Origin: Octopus sinensis
Taxonomy: Eukaryota
NCBI RefSeq assembly: GCF_006345805.1
Contig: NC_043001.1
Coordinates: 131,874,001-131,938,000 of the forward strand
Direction of reading: 5' to 3'
DNA: 64,000 nucleotides
How positions within the stretch are numbered: the first letter of the stretch is position 1; the number at the start of each line of letters is the position of its first letter. This document shows, in pieces, positions 1 to 12,509 of the stretch. Under the pieces are notes generated by a model. It did not search any database. It was not told the DNA's origin and saw only the letters and a list, made by a program, of their open reading frames with translations. A program made the position numbers and the translations under genes.

Positions 1-724
1 CAACTGGTGTTGTTTTGTTTATGTCCCCATGACTTATAAATTCAGCTTAGGACACTGATCGACTTAAGAAAAAATAAGTACTGAGGTCAATTCATTTGAC
101 TAAAACCCTTCGAGGCAGTGCCCCCAATATGGCTGCAGTTTTACGACTGAAATTGCATCATGTTCTAGTCTCTGCTTTGGCATGTTTTCTATAGCTGGGT
201 GCTCTTTCTAATGCCTACCACTTCATATCATGTACTGGGTGCATTTTTATGGTACCAGTTCTATTGAGACTGTCAGGGAGTTTGCATGACTAAGAAACCC
301 AAGGGGGGCAACCCTATGCTAGGAATAAAAAAAGAGAAGCCAAAACAGAACCTGTTTCTACTTTTTTTTTTTTTTTTTTTCGCTGTCGAGGTGCTGTGTA
401 ACTATTCACCTTTTAGAAGAGAGGGTTGGAATGATTGAATGAAACAAGAGAGCAATAAGTGATGACTGACAGTGCTGAGCATCAGAAGAATAAGGATGAA
501 ACAGTAGACAGAAGGATGAGAGCTGGATAATGTTGCACAGGTTGCACATGTAATGGAGAAGAGAGAGAGAGAGAATATAATACATGAGGAGAGTGAAAGA
601 TATATGGTGATGGAGGAGGATAGTTGTTGACTCAGTGGTGTGGGCGATCAATGAATGTGTAGATGGAAAGAACAGTGTTAATGGATAAAGGGTGGATGAC
701 AAGTGAAATGGTTCTGGGCAATAA

Positions 725-1154
725 TTAATGCACCCTTTTAAAGCCTAGCCAGGCTCATGGGCCCGGTTTCCTGGTTTCTATGGTGTATGTGTTCCTCAAC
801 TGGACGGGATGCCAGTCCATTGCAGTATTACTCATTTTTGCCAGCTGAGTGGACTGGAGCAACATGAAATGAAGTGTTTTGCTCAAGAACACAACACGTC
901 GCCCAGTCCAGGAATTGAAACCACAATCTTACGATCATGGTACTGACACCCTAACCACTAAGCCATGTGCCTCCACAGTTAATGCACCCTTTTAAAGCCT
1001 AGCCAGGCTCATTTTTAGCAGCTGAGTGGACTGGAGCAACATGAAATGAAGTGTTTTGCTCAAGAACACAACACGTCGCCCGGTCCAGGAATTGAAACCA
1101 CAATCTTACGATCATGGTACTGACACCCTAACCACTAAGCCATGTGCCTCCACA
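725..1154 (-). mobile_element. Head-to-tail dimer of a tRNA-derived CORE-like SINE
   Basis: Reverse strand has two tRNA-like heads (GGAGGCACATGGCTTAGTGGTTAG...GTTTCAATTCC), each followed by CORE-like GTTCTTGAGCAAAACACTTCATTTC...CACTCAGCTG. A 14-bp direct repeat GTTCTGGGCAATAA flanks the pair (711-724, 1155-1168). Confidence 0.8.
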
Positions 1155-2409
1155 GTTCTGGGCAATAAGAAAAGTAAAAGGTATGGAGGAAAAGTTGCAA
1201 TTAAGTAGATAATGGGGATATCTTGATGAGAAAGGTAACTGTGTGAAGGGCACAGTCTTGCATAAAGACACACAGCTTAATCAAAACTCAGTTTTGCCCA
1301 GTTGGGCGGGTCTTTTCAAGAATTGCATATTATGGTCATCTCAATCCTTTGTCCTCATGTGTGTGCATGTAAGAATGTGCCTATATGTGTGTATGAATGT
1401 ATATGTGTGTAATGCAGTTCCATAGGGAAAATATGTGCTTTTAAAAAATGCATGTTTTTTTTATAGTTATTGTAAAGAATAAATATAATTATATTTTTTT
1501 TTAGAGAAATAATCTCCACCAACATTGGCCTGCATCAGAAATTTTCTATTTTTTAAGTGAGAAACTTAAGGTAAAAAAAAAAAGGAAAATATTTCAAATA
1601 TTAAAAAAAAATTTTGGAGCTTTTAATATGGCATACATCTAAATTCAATCTCACCTCATTGTTGCACACATTATATTTTAATTTCTTCATTAAATTGAGT
1701 CATTTCACGTTCAAAACTATGAGGAACAGGAATCAGTTGAAAAGAACTGTAATGTAATCAAACCTGTTTGAATTTTATCATGACTCTTGGTCTATCAAAC
1801 AAAAGAGATGGTGGAGGAATTTGAATTTAGTACCATATGCTAAAATTATCATTAATTATTATAGGTTCAAGCATGGCTGTGTGGTAAGAAGCTTGCTTCC
1901 CCAACACATGGTTTCAGGTTCAACTCCACTGCCTTGCACCATATGCAAGAGTCTTTTACTATATGAATGGGAAGCAGCTTGATACTCATATTTTCTGCCT
2001 GAGAGGGTTGCAGCAACATAAAGTAGCCTGCCTTACCTAAGGAATAATGAACCTCCCGATCTAGGAATCAAACCCACAACCTTATGATTGCCAGCCCAGT
2101 TGCTTAATCACAAAGCCTTGTGCCTTGTGCAGACACACACGCACGCATGCACACACATACATGTGTATGTGTGTGTGTGTGTTTGTGTGAGGTGTGGGGT
2201 GCTTAGTTTGGTGGTGAAGGGTGCTGTACCCATGGTGGCAAGATTGTAGTTTCAATCCCTGTACTGTACAATGTGTTGTGCTGTTGAGTAAACTGTTTCT
2301 CTTCATGTCATTCCTGCCCACACAGCTAGCAAAAATGAGTAATGCTGCGATGGATTGCTCAAGGTGCCACAGAATCTGGGAAACCAGGCTTATTCCTTCC
2401 GGTCATTCA

Positions 2410-2611
2410 AAATGTGACCGCGTGTGTACCGTTGGCAATTTTTTTCCTCCGTCTTTCTTTCTCTGGATCTTTCCTTTTGCTATGTTTCTGACAAAGAGCT
2501 CCGCTCAAAACATTAAACCCTCCTTCTTTCCTGAGCATCCAATAATACTATACTTGTTCCACGTCCTCGCGTTGTTGTGTTTTCTCTTTGTGTTTTCATG
2601 TTTGGATTAAC

Positions 2612-2612
<1 letters not shown>
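2410..2612 (+). mobile_element. Short (TA)n-terminated Penelope-type repeat with decayed minimal hammerhead
   Basis: gttt CTGACAA a gagc tcc gctc AAAA ca tt aaac at 2484-2518 is a G>A-decayed minimal hammerhead. The 3' part is homologous to 36428-36570 and runs into (TA)n. Confidence 0.55.
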
Positions 2613-2673
<61 letters not shown>

Positions 2674-2678
2674 GTATG

Positions 2679-2709
<31 letters not shown>

Positions 2710-2716
2710 CTATGAA

Positions 2717-2747
<31 letters not shown>

Positions 2748-3260
2748 GTATTTATGAATGTATGTATATATACATAAATACATATATATATATATATATA
2801 TATATAAGAGATATAACATGCAGTAACCACACAACAGCATAGGAGCACTTAAACACAAGTTATGAGGCTTTTGCAAAAAATACACTAAACAAGTATATAT
2901 ATATGGATTCGGATCTCACAGGCAACCTTTCAGTATTTTCTGTGCAAGGGTGTTTTTTTAACCTGATATTCTATGGGCTGTTATTTATAGCTGCATCTGC
3001 TTCAAGTTTCGCCATTAAAAAAAATATATGCACACATACACACAAACACACTCACACATATATATGTATGTATACACATATATAAACAGATATATGTATT
3101 TATATTTATACACACACATATATATACATATATACATATATACACACATATATATGTGTGTGTGTGTATGTAGATATATATGTGTGTGTGTAAATATATA
3201 TATATGTGTATATATGTAAATATATATGTATATATATATATATATATATGTGTATATATA

Positions 3261-3299
<39 letters not shown>

Positions 3300-3723
3300 T
3301 ATATATATATAATATATACACTATATATATATAATATATATATATATGCATGTGTGTGTGTGTGTATATATATATATATACTACATACATATATTCTTTT
3401 ATCTGTATGTATGTGCATGTGTCTGTGTGTTTGTAGATGTATGTGTGTGGAAGCAGAGAGTGAGAAATTGTGCATTGGGTAATGTAAGAAGATACCAGGA
3501 GGAAGCGAAATAAATAGCTGATTTCAGAAGAAACACAAATTAAACAAAAAACTTCAATAACAACTAAAAGAAACAAAAAAAAAAAAACAGAAAGAAATTC
3601 GAAATAAATATATGTATGTGTGCTTCTGTGAGTTTGAGTGTGATTGTGGCTGTGTATATAAATTTGTAAAAATTTTTAAGTGTATGCATACTTTTATATC
3701 AAAACACACAAGCATACACAACT

Positions 3724-3757
<34 letters not shown>

Positions 3758-4016
3758 ATTAAGTTCTTTAAATATCTGTATGCATTCAATGTATATGCAT
3801 GTATGTATATATATATATATTATATATATATATATATACACACACATGTACATACATATATATATATGTGTGTATGTATCCCTATATATATATATATGAA
3901 TATATATTCATATACATATATGTGTGTTTGTGTGTATGTGGAATGTGCATATGTACTTGCACATTCCTGTACATATATATATTCACATACATATGTGTGT
4001 GTGTATATGTTTGCAT

Positions 4017-4072
<56 letters not shown>

Positions 4073-4085
4073 CAGACACATACAC
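2612..4085. repeat. Compound (TA)n/(TATG)n/(CA)n microsatellite region
   Basis: Directly visible; source of many spurious YI/HT/CV ORFs. Confidence 0.95.
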
Positions 4086-4764
4086 ACACTTATTCTAGGC
4101 AATTGGACATGCAAGGAGAAGAATAAGAGAAGAATGGCTAGAATCAATATATTTACATTGACAATTCGTTGTGTGGAATGGATGAGGTATTCTTCTGTTT
4201 TCTCTCAAATCTATCAAATGAGTTTTGTCCCATCCTGACAACTTTTTGAAACACCACAAGAGGCACTGAAATCATGAATATTCAATAGGACATAATTTAA
4301 ATAGTAAATATTTGAATTTTATAACAAAGAATAAACAATGGAAGTAAAAATTTTAAAAAGATAAAAAAAAAGAAAGAATGAAAGAAAGAAAGGAAAGAAA
4401 AAGAGAAAGAAATTTTTGAAAAATTATAAAATAAGGAAGAAATTTAGAAAAAGTGACAGGAATTGATCAATTAATATAAAGATAAAGGAAAACACCAATT
4501 GTTTTGCAACACTGCCCTTCCCCTCTGTACGCCACCTGGAAATATTATGAGAGAACTTTAAATGAAAAATGTGACAAATTTCAAAGATTATGCTAGTAAG
4601 ACTATTAATGTATATTATGCTAATTGGTTTGTGTTGTTGATGTCTAAGTATGGAGGAAAGATGGTACAAGGTTAAAAAGTTTGGTCTTATCTAATTGTTT
4701 CACTTTCGCTGAACCCAGCATCATGCCCATTCTAAAGCAGGACATCTGTAGATTATCACGTTTA

Positions 4765-5160
4765 AGTTTTGGCACAAGGCCAGCAATTTTGGGGGTGAAA
4801 TAGATTGATTAGACCAACTGTGACGATCAACTGGTACTTGTTTTATTGACTCCCCAAAAGAATGAAAGGCAAAATTGACCTCAGTGGAACCTGAGTTCAG
4901 AATATAAATGCAGACAAAATACCTATTTCTTTACTACCCACAAGGGGCTAAACACAGAGAGGACAAACAAGGACAGACAAATGAATTAAGCTGATTATAT
5001 CAACCCCAGTGCGTAACTGGTACTTATTTAATTGACTCCAAAAGGATGAAATGCAAAGTCGACCTCAGCGGAATTTGAACTCAGAATGTAACGGCAGACA
5101 AAATACCACTAAGCATTTTTCCAGGAATCCTAATGATCCTGCTAGCTCAGATAGCTCAGA
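4765..5160 (-). mobile_element. tRNA-derived SINE family B, two partial copies
   Basis: Reverse complement carries B-box GAGTTCAAATTCC and the conserved GTCGACTTTGC(C/A)TTTCATCC...AAGTACCAG domain seen in many copies in the window. Confidence 0.75.
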
Positions 5161-5209
5161 TATATATATATATACATACATACATACATATAAACATACA
5201 TACATACAT

Positions 5210-5373
5210 ACAGGAGTGGCTGTGTGGTAAGTAGCTTGCCTAGCAAACACATGGTTCTGGGTTCAGTCCCACTGCGTGGCACCTTGCACAAGTGTCTTCT
5301 ACTATAGCGTCAGGCCGACCATAGACTTGTGAGTGGATTTGGTAGATGGAAACTGAAAGAAGCCCGTCATATG

Positions 5374-5412
<39 letters not shown>

Positions 5413-5615
5413 CTGTGTCTGTTTGTCCCCCCAACATCGCTTGACAACCGATGCTGGTGTGTTTACATCCCCCTAACTTAATGGTTTGGCAAAAGAGAAC
5501 AATAGAACAAGTACTAGACTTGCAAAGAATGAGTCCTGGGGTCGATTTGCTTGACTAAAGGCGGTGCTCCAGCATGGCCACAGTCAACTGACTGAAACAA
5601 GTAAAAGAATCAAAG
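5210..5615 (+). mobile_element. tRNA-derived SINE family A (~410 bp)
   Basis: Head AGGAGTGGCTGTGTGGTAAG...GGGTTCAGTCCC (A/B boxes), internal TA/TG microsatellite, tail GAAACAAGTAAAAGA; about 10 near-full copies in the window. Confidence 0.85.
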
Positions 5616-5689
5616 AATATATATACATATATAACATATATATATATATAGCATATATATATATATACATACACACACATACATATATG

Positions 5690-5905
5690 TAACGGGAAGC
5701 TTTATGAAAATAAACAAAAGACGAAGGCAGGTGGAAAACAAACGAACAATTGTATTAGTATGGCGCTCAGGAAATATAAATAAAACAAGTCTTTAACGTT
5801 TCGAGCCTACGCTCTTCAACAGAAAGATACACAGAGAGAGAAAAACACAGAAAGAAGGAGAGAAAAAAAAAAAAAAAATGCGTGCAGTAGCTAACGAATC
5901 AACAT
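5690..5905 (-). mobile_element. Short Penelope-type repeat carrying a minimal hammerhead
   Basis: Homologous to 18343-18537 and 31642-31773; ends in (TA)n. Confidence 0.7.
5790..5827 (-). ncRNA. Minimal type I hammerhead-like motif, variant core CUGUUGA
   Basis: UCUUU CUGUUGA A GAGC GUAG GCUC GAAA CG UU AAAGA: stem I UCUUU/AAAGA, stem II GAGC/GCUC, palindromic ACGU stem III, GUU triplet. Confidence 0.6.
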
Positions 5906-5994
5906 GGCGATGGGTAGTCATGATAAGTATATTAGGTATTGTATATTTTACCCCAGTGTCACTTTGATGGCATGCACTGCTCTCTCACTTCCTT

Positions 5995-6957
5995 TCTAAT
6001 AAAAGCACAAGGCCTGAAATTTTGGGGGAGGGGACTAGTTGATTACATTGACCCTAGTGTTTCACTGGTATTTAATTTATTGACCCTGAAATGATGAAGG
6101 AAAAAGTCGACCTCAGCAGAATTTGAACTCAGAACGTAAAGACAGATAAAGTACCATTAAGCGTTTTCCCAGCTCACCACCTTAATAATAATAATAATGT
6201 TAATAATAATAATAGTAGTAGTAGTAGTAGTAGTAGTAATAATCCTTCTACTATAGGCACAAGCCTGAAATTTTGGGGGAGGGGACTAGTTGATTACATT
6301 GACCCCAGTGTTTCACTGGTATTTAATTTATCGACCCTGAAATGATGAAGGAAAAAGTCGACCTCAGCAGAATTTGAACTCAGAACGTAAAGACAGATAA
6401 AGTACCATTAAGCGTTTTCCCAGCTCACCACCTTAATAATAATAATGTTAATAATAATAATAGTAGTAGTAGTAGTAGTAGTAGTAATAATCCTTTCTAC
6501 TATAGGCACAAGCCCTGAAATTTTGGGGGAGGGGACTAGTTGATTACATTGACCCCAGTGTTTCACTGGTATTTAATTTATCGACCCTGAAAGGATGAAG
6601 GAAAAAGTCGACCTCAGCAGAATTTGAACTCAGAACGTAAAGACAGATAAAGTACCATTAAGCGTTTTCCCAGCTCACCACCTTAATAATAATAATGTTA
6701 ATAATAATAATAGTAGTAGTAGTAGTAGTAGTAGTAGTAATAATCCTTTCTACTATAGGCACAAGCCCTGAAATTTGGTAGGCAGGGAACCAGTCGATTA
6801 GATTAACCCCAGTATGCAACTGGTACTTAATTTATCAACACTGAAAGGATGAAAGGCAAAGTTGACCTTGGTGGAATTTGAACTCAGGACTTAAAAATGG
6901 ACAAAATGCTGCTAAGCATTTTGCCCACCATGCTAATGATTCTGCCAGCTCACTGCT

Positions 6958-6993
<36 letters not shown>

Positions 6994-7457
6994 GTGATGA
7001 GGAGGAGGAGGGGGAGGAGGCTGAGGATTTCGAATTTTTCACAAAGCCAGCAGCTTCAGGCGAGTGGGTGAAATGATTACATCATCCCACAGGGCTCAAT
7101 TGGCATTTATATTATCAACCCCCAAAGGATGAAAGGCAAAGTTGACTTCAGCAGAATTTGAACTCAGAACACGAAGATGGATGGAAAGCCATTACGCATT
7201 TTGCCCAGAATGCTAGCGACTCTGCCAACTTGCTACCTTAATGATCCCTTCTACTAAAGGCACAAGACCTGAAATTTGTGAGGAGGGAGTTAGTTGGTCA
7301 CATTGACCCCAGTACTTGACTGGTACTTAATTTATCGACCCTGAAATGATGAAAGGCAAAGCTGACCTCAGCAGAATTTGAACTCAGAATGTAAAGGCAG
7401 GCAAAATACAGCTAAACATTTTGTCTGGCATGCTAACGATTCTGCCAGCTCGCCACC

Positions 7458-7460
<3 letters not shown>
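5995..7460 (-). mobile_element. Cluster of six family B SINEs separated by (AAT)n/(AGT)n; first three are near-identical ~250-bp tandem units
   Basis: GATTACATTGAC at 6041, 6292 and 6542; each unit ends in the same AAT/AGT microsatellite. Confidence 0.85.
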
Positions 7461-7502
<42 letters not shown>

Positions 7503-9292
7503 CTACTACTACTACTACTACTACTAGTACTACTACATGTCTTCAGTCTGGCACTGAGAAGTTTCATTACAAATAGCTTGTTGTGTTATACTGCTACATA
7601 AAAATCTCATACATTTTCAAACAATTTAACAATACTAAAATATGTTAACAAACTTAATTAATTTGCTCAAATTTCATCTGAAATAAACATTTCATATCCA
7701 AAAATAAAATAAAATAAAAAAACACGTGCAAAATTATCAATCACGAAAAAGAAACGAATTAAAAAAAAGCAAATACCTTAAAAAAAGTTTATATCAGAAA
7801 AAAATTTAGTTTTAAATTGTTGACTCCAGTTTAAATATGCTTTCGCATTTATCTAAATTTTTCTTTTCTATACAACAAATAAAACAAAAAAAAAAAATTA
7901 AAATAGTGAAAAGAAAAATGAGTAATAAATACATTTGTTATCATCTTCTCACCCCCTTCCCAACCCTACCCTACCCCTGAAGCTCACTATAACAAGAAAG
8001 ATTATGTTTATTACTGTTGTTGAATTAATGTTTTTTTAAATATTTCTATTGATGGTGGTCTCGACCTCATATTTTTGATTACACTCCATAAAATTTGTCA
8101 ATCTATAAAACTAGGTAACAGCAGCACCATTTCTCTCTGTCGCCTAATCTTTCTGTATTTCTATGCCCCTTTTTTTTTCTTGTCTGTTTTTCTAATCTTT
8201 TAAATTTTATTTTTTTTTTTATGCTGGTTATTTAATTTTTTTTTTTTTTTTGCCGTTTACTATTACCCCTTCGTTTTTCTCTTTTTTCTAAATACACTCT
8301 TTGATTTATTTATGAATAAAATTCCTCATGACTTTTGTCTGACCTTCTCTTCTTCCACCATTATTATTATTATTATATTATTATGTTGTTTTTTTTTTAT
8401 CCAGATTTGTTTCTGCGCATGTTTTATGAAGTGTAAAGTTGCAGTACAGTTTCAGCATTCAGGCAAAAAAAAAAACAAAAAAGAAAAAAAAAACAAAAGT
8501 TCATAGAACTTCAGCCAAGTGTCTTTAGACCCACCAAATACATTTTCTTCATTTCTCTCTATCATCATCTCGCTTTCTTTTTCACTTTCCCTCTTAACTC
8601 TCCCTTACTCTTTCTTCCACTTCCTTTGTATCTATCTGTCTCTTTCTTCCCCCCCCTCTCTCTCTCTCTCTCATTCAATCTCTGACAGTCTCTCTGAAAG
8701 ACAACTTAATTCTCAACTCAACACCCACTAAACGCAACCTAGTAACCCAGTATACTCCCCATTTTCCTCCTCTTCCTCCTCCTCCTCCTCCTAACTTCTT
8801 TCTCTCCTCCTCCTCCTCCTCCTCTATCATCCTCATACCTCTCCTCTTGATACCCTCTTCTCCTCCTCCACCAAAGTCCACCTCTTCAATTTTTATGTCT
8901 CAGTTTCATTAATTCTATCTTAGCTTCTCTTAAAAAAAAAAAAAGAAAAAAGAAAAAGAAACACCAATCCCTCCACCACCACCACCACCTCCCGTGACAA
9001 AAAAAACAACACAGAACATATAAGAAATTAACAATAAACAAAAAAACAACCCCTTCCCCTACCCCGTTCGTCCACCACCCTACTCTACCCTACCCCCTAT
9101 TACCTCACCTATCTCAATTTACCACACAACCACCCCAAACCCACCTCTCACTGCTTAGTTGATGGTGTTTCTTTTTTTTTGTCTTTTTCTCCCAGAGTTT
9201 CTTCTCACTAAATAAATCTCTTTGCAAGGACCCACCTTATTGCTTTCACAGTTCATTGGAACAACACCAGTCACTTCATGCTAACCGAATGT

Positions 9293-9355
9293 CCAAGCAT
9301 GATCAAGCATGACCAAGCATGACCATGTACGACCATGCACGACCATGCATGACCA
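9293..9355. repeat. Degenerate 10-bp tandem repeat (GACCAAGCAT/GACCATGCAT) x6
   Basis: Directly visible. Confidence 0.85.
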
Positions 9356-9834
9356 ATCTTTCAGCTATTCATAACAAAGGGCTTTAAAGCCCAAACAATA
9401 CACCCACTCTGTTGTTGTTTCTTACTTTTTGGGGTTGTCTTTTGTCTGTTTTTCTTTCTTTTTGTTCAACCAAAGTCTTCTCATAACATCTCACTGTCTT
9501 TTTCTTTCCTTCTTTCCATATTTTTCATATTCCTATGATATCTCTCTAAACTTGTGAATTGGCAGAATTAGTAGAGTGTTAAAGAGAATACTTTGCACTG
9601 TTCATTTCTACTCACCAAGTTCAAATCCAGCCACAGTCAAATTTAACAGTTAGATGTTGGTAAATAAAACATGAGACCAACTCTGGGTTTGATTCTTCTT
9701 TCATTTTCCTTTGCTTTCTTTCTATTTTTCTTTCATTCTCTGTCTTTTTCTTTACATCTCTCTTCCACTCACCTTCCTCTCTCAAGCCTTTCTTTAGCTT
9801 CATTTTCTTTCTATTTGTGCCACATTAAAAAGCA

Positions 9835-10035
9835 CTGGCAAAGGTGCCACATAAAAAGCACCCAGTACTCTCTGTAAAATGGTTAGCATTCGGAAGAGTA
9901 TCCAGCCATAGAAACCAAATCAAAACAGACGACTGGAGTCTGGTACAGCCCTCCAGTTTGCCAGCTCCTGTCAAGTCACCCAACCCATGCCAGCATGGGA
10001 AATGGACGTTAAATAACGTTGTCGATGATGATGAT
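9835..10035 (+). mobile_element. RTE-type 3' tail repeat ending in (GAT)n
   Basis: GTGCCACATAAAAAGCACCC...CAACCCATGCCAGCATGG...GATGATGATG, shared with 10209-10505, 53035-53297 and 53985-54400. Confidence 0.7.
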
Positions 10036-10208
10036 GTCTCTTTTATTTTTATTTTCCCCATTTTCCTCTCTTCCTAGTCCGACAGAATTTTCATTTTGTA
10101 AGATGGTGAAGTATGATTTGAGAGAAATTTAGCTGCTACTTCTTGAAGATCAGCCAAGGCTTGAGTATGATGGGATTACATTACATGACATAACTATTTC
10201 ATTTTACC

Positions 10209-10505
10209 ATCATCATCATCATCATCGTTTAGCGTCCGTTTTCCATGCTAGCATGGGTTGGACGGTTCTACTGGGGTCTGTGAAGCCAGAAGGCTTCATC
10301 AGGCCCAGTCAAATCTGGCAGTGTTTCTACGGCTGGATGCCCTTCCTAACGCCAACCACTCCGTGAGTGTAGTAGGTTCTTTTTACGTGCCACCTGCACA
10401 GGTGCCAGACAGAGCTGGCAAACGGTCACGAACGGATGGTGCTTTTTATATGCCACCGGCACGGGGGCCAGGCGAGGCTGGCAACGGACACGAACGGATG
10501 GTGCT
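10209..10505 (-). mobile_element. RTE-type 3' tail repeat
   Basis: (CAT)n then CGTTTAGCGTCCGTTTTCCATGCTAGCATGGG...GGATGCCCTTCCTAACGCCAACCAC; internal ~58-bp direct subrepeats. Confidence 0.75.
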
Positions 10506-11094
10506 TTTCTTTCTATATTTCTTTCTCTGAGTATGGTCTTTTACATCTCTCTTCCATTCACTCTCCTCTCTCAAGCATTTATTTAGCTTCATTTCCCTTT
10601 TCTCTGTCCCTTACTTTCATTTTCTCCATTTTCCTTCTCTTCCTAGTTGAAAAGAATTTTCATTCCGTAAAAAGGTAAAGTATAATTTGAGAGAAATTTA
10701 GCTGCTACTTCTTGAAAGATAAATTGAGGTTTCATTATTGACTCATAGCCCTGAGTTGTATGTGTGGTGTGGTGTGTGGTTTTGTCTCTTTATATGTGTA
10801 TGTGTGAGTGAACTTTGTATCGCTCAATGTTGTAGGAAGAATTCAGTTGCAGGAGTGACAGTCTTTTGTGTAGTTGTGGGTCTATTCACATGTGCGTAGA
10901 GGAATGGTCACTAGAAAGGTGTTTGACTGGCAGTTTGAAGTATGTGTGCGTATGTATGTGTGAGCGTGTATGTATATGTTGTGTGTTTTGTGTATATTCC
11001 ACATACAAGATTAGAAAGGGCCAATTTTTGTAACAAGACATCAAAGGTAAGAGGAAAGACCACAATACGAAGCTTTTGAATAAATTCAAGCATA

Positions 11095-11322
11095 CCTATT
11101 TCTTTACTACCCATCAGGGGCTAAACACAGAGGGAACAAACAAGGACAAAGGGATTAAGTCGATCACATCGACCCCAGTGCGTAACTGGTACTTAATTTA
11201 TCGACCTCGAAAGGATGAAAGGCAAAGTTGATCTCGGCGGAATTTGAACTCACAACGTAACGGCAGACGAAATACCGCTAAGCATTTCGTCCGGCATGCT
11301 AACGATTCTGCCAGCTCACCCT
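11095..11322 (-). mobile_element. tRNA-derived SINE family B, full length
   Basis: Reverse: GAGCTGGCAGAATCGTTAGC...GAGTTCAAATTCC...CTTTGCCTTTCATCCTTTCG...GGGTAGTAAAGAAATAGG. Confidence 0.85.
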
Positions 11323-11419
11323 TCAAGCGAATATGCTTTGGCTTTTCTCAGACGAGAGCGATTACTGCCTGCATGGCCGCAGTCAAATGACTGAAACAAG
11401 TAAAAAAAAAAAAAGGCAC

Positions 11420-11610
11420 CAACTGTCTTCGGAGATTCATATTGTCGTTCATTGCTCGAAATGAGGAGTAGATAGACAGCTGACAACTGATGAAGGGTCG
11501 TTCTTTATGTTACTTGTCCTGTTTTCCATTTGTTTCTCTAGTTTGCGTATTGAACTCATTTGTTTTTGTATTTCATGTTGTTTACTGTTGGTGACGTCCT
11601 GTACTCATAT
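11420..11610 (+). mobile_element. Short (TA)n-terminated repeat family (other copies 15040-15230, 15830-16035)
   Basis: Three homologous copies sharing CTCGAAA(T/C)GAG(G/A)AGTAGA...GATGAA(G/A)GGTCGTT...TGACGTCC(T/A)G, each running into TA repeats. Confidence 0.65.
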
Positions 11611-11632
11611 ATGCACGTGTGTGTGTATGTGC

Positions 11633-11667
<35 letters not shown>

Positions 11668-12509
11668 AATTTTTTGTCGACAATGCACCTACATTTGAAA
11701 AACTTGTAATTGTTTTCAAATGAATTTAATTACATATATGCCAAACTAGTTTCAACAATATTTTTTGTATATCAATGGTAAAAATTTAGAATTATGAATT
11801 AGAGAAACATGTTTAATAGTTTCAATGTTGACAAGTTTAAATATTCATAACAGTCAATAATTTAAAAACTGTGGATCCGCATATTTAAATGCACAAATTT
11901 CAATAATGTTTAATAATGATCGACAAGAAATGAATATCATCAAAGCTTCAGTCATACTGAATTAAGAGGAAGAAACACAAGGGAGAAATGAAGATATTAA
12001 AAAGGGGGTTTCGTTTATAGTTTCTGTGATTCTCATTCCGTCGTGTGCAGGAACTTTCGCTTGTAACGGCATTTATTGGAATCCGGTGTATATATAATAT
12101 TTTCCGCAAACATATCTGATTTTTGATTCGTTAAAGTACTGGTGATGTCTTGTATTTCTAGTGGTTAAGTTTGTCGTTCTATCTGGTTGGCTTTTCTCTG
12201 GGGAACGGTCATCAGCCGTTCCAGTTGGCTGATTCTCTTAAAGGGTCATTTTGTTGTATTTTCTGAAGTTCGGTTTTGATCGGAGGTAAAATTTCATTGG
12301 TCTAGAGTTAGGTAACGTCATCAACTTGTGTTTGTATGGCGTTATAATATGGTGATTTGGAGTTGCGGTTTCAAAACCCGGGTGGAAGACTGTTACTAAA
12401 GTTTCTATAATTGTCTTTCGTATCTTGTTGTTTTTTCTTGTTTTTTGTTTTGTGTATGGAGAAATTGAGTCTTTTTTCCTTTTTCTCTTTAATGTTTTTC
12501 TTCTTCTTT

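Noticed and set aside
400-710. Purine-rich stretches (also 20460-21620) resembling decayed LINE antisense
   Set aside because: No diagnostic protein motif could be recovered by eye, so left unannotated.
2577-4238. Numerous 60-160 aa ORFs rich in YI/HT/CV repeats (also at 15-16, 25, 36-38 and 44 kb)
   Set aside because: Translations of dinucleotide microsatellites that lack stop codons; not genes.
5995-7460. Regularly spaced repeats superficially like a CRISPR array
   Set aside because: Units are ~250-bp SINE copies with microsatellite linkers and no unique spacers, in a eukaryotic context.
11420-11500. GAAA followed by CTGATGA in the 11420/15040/15830 family, suggesting a permuted (type II) hammerhead
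   Set aside because: Stems I and III cannot be paired convincingly and one copy has CAGATGA; not called as a ribozyme.
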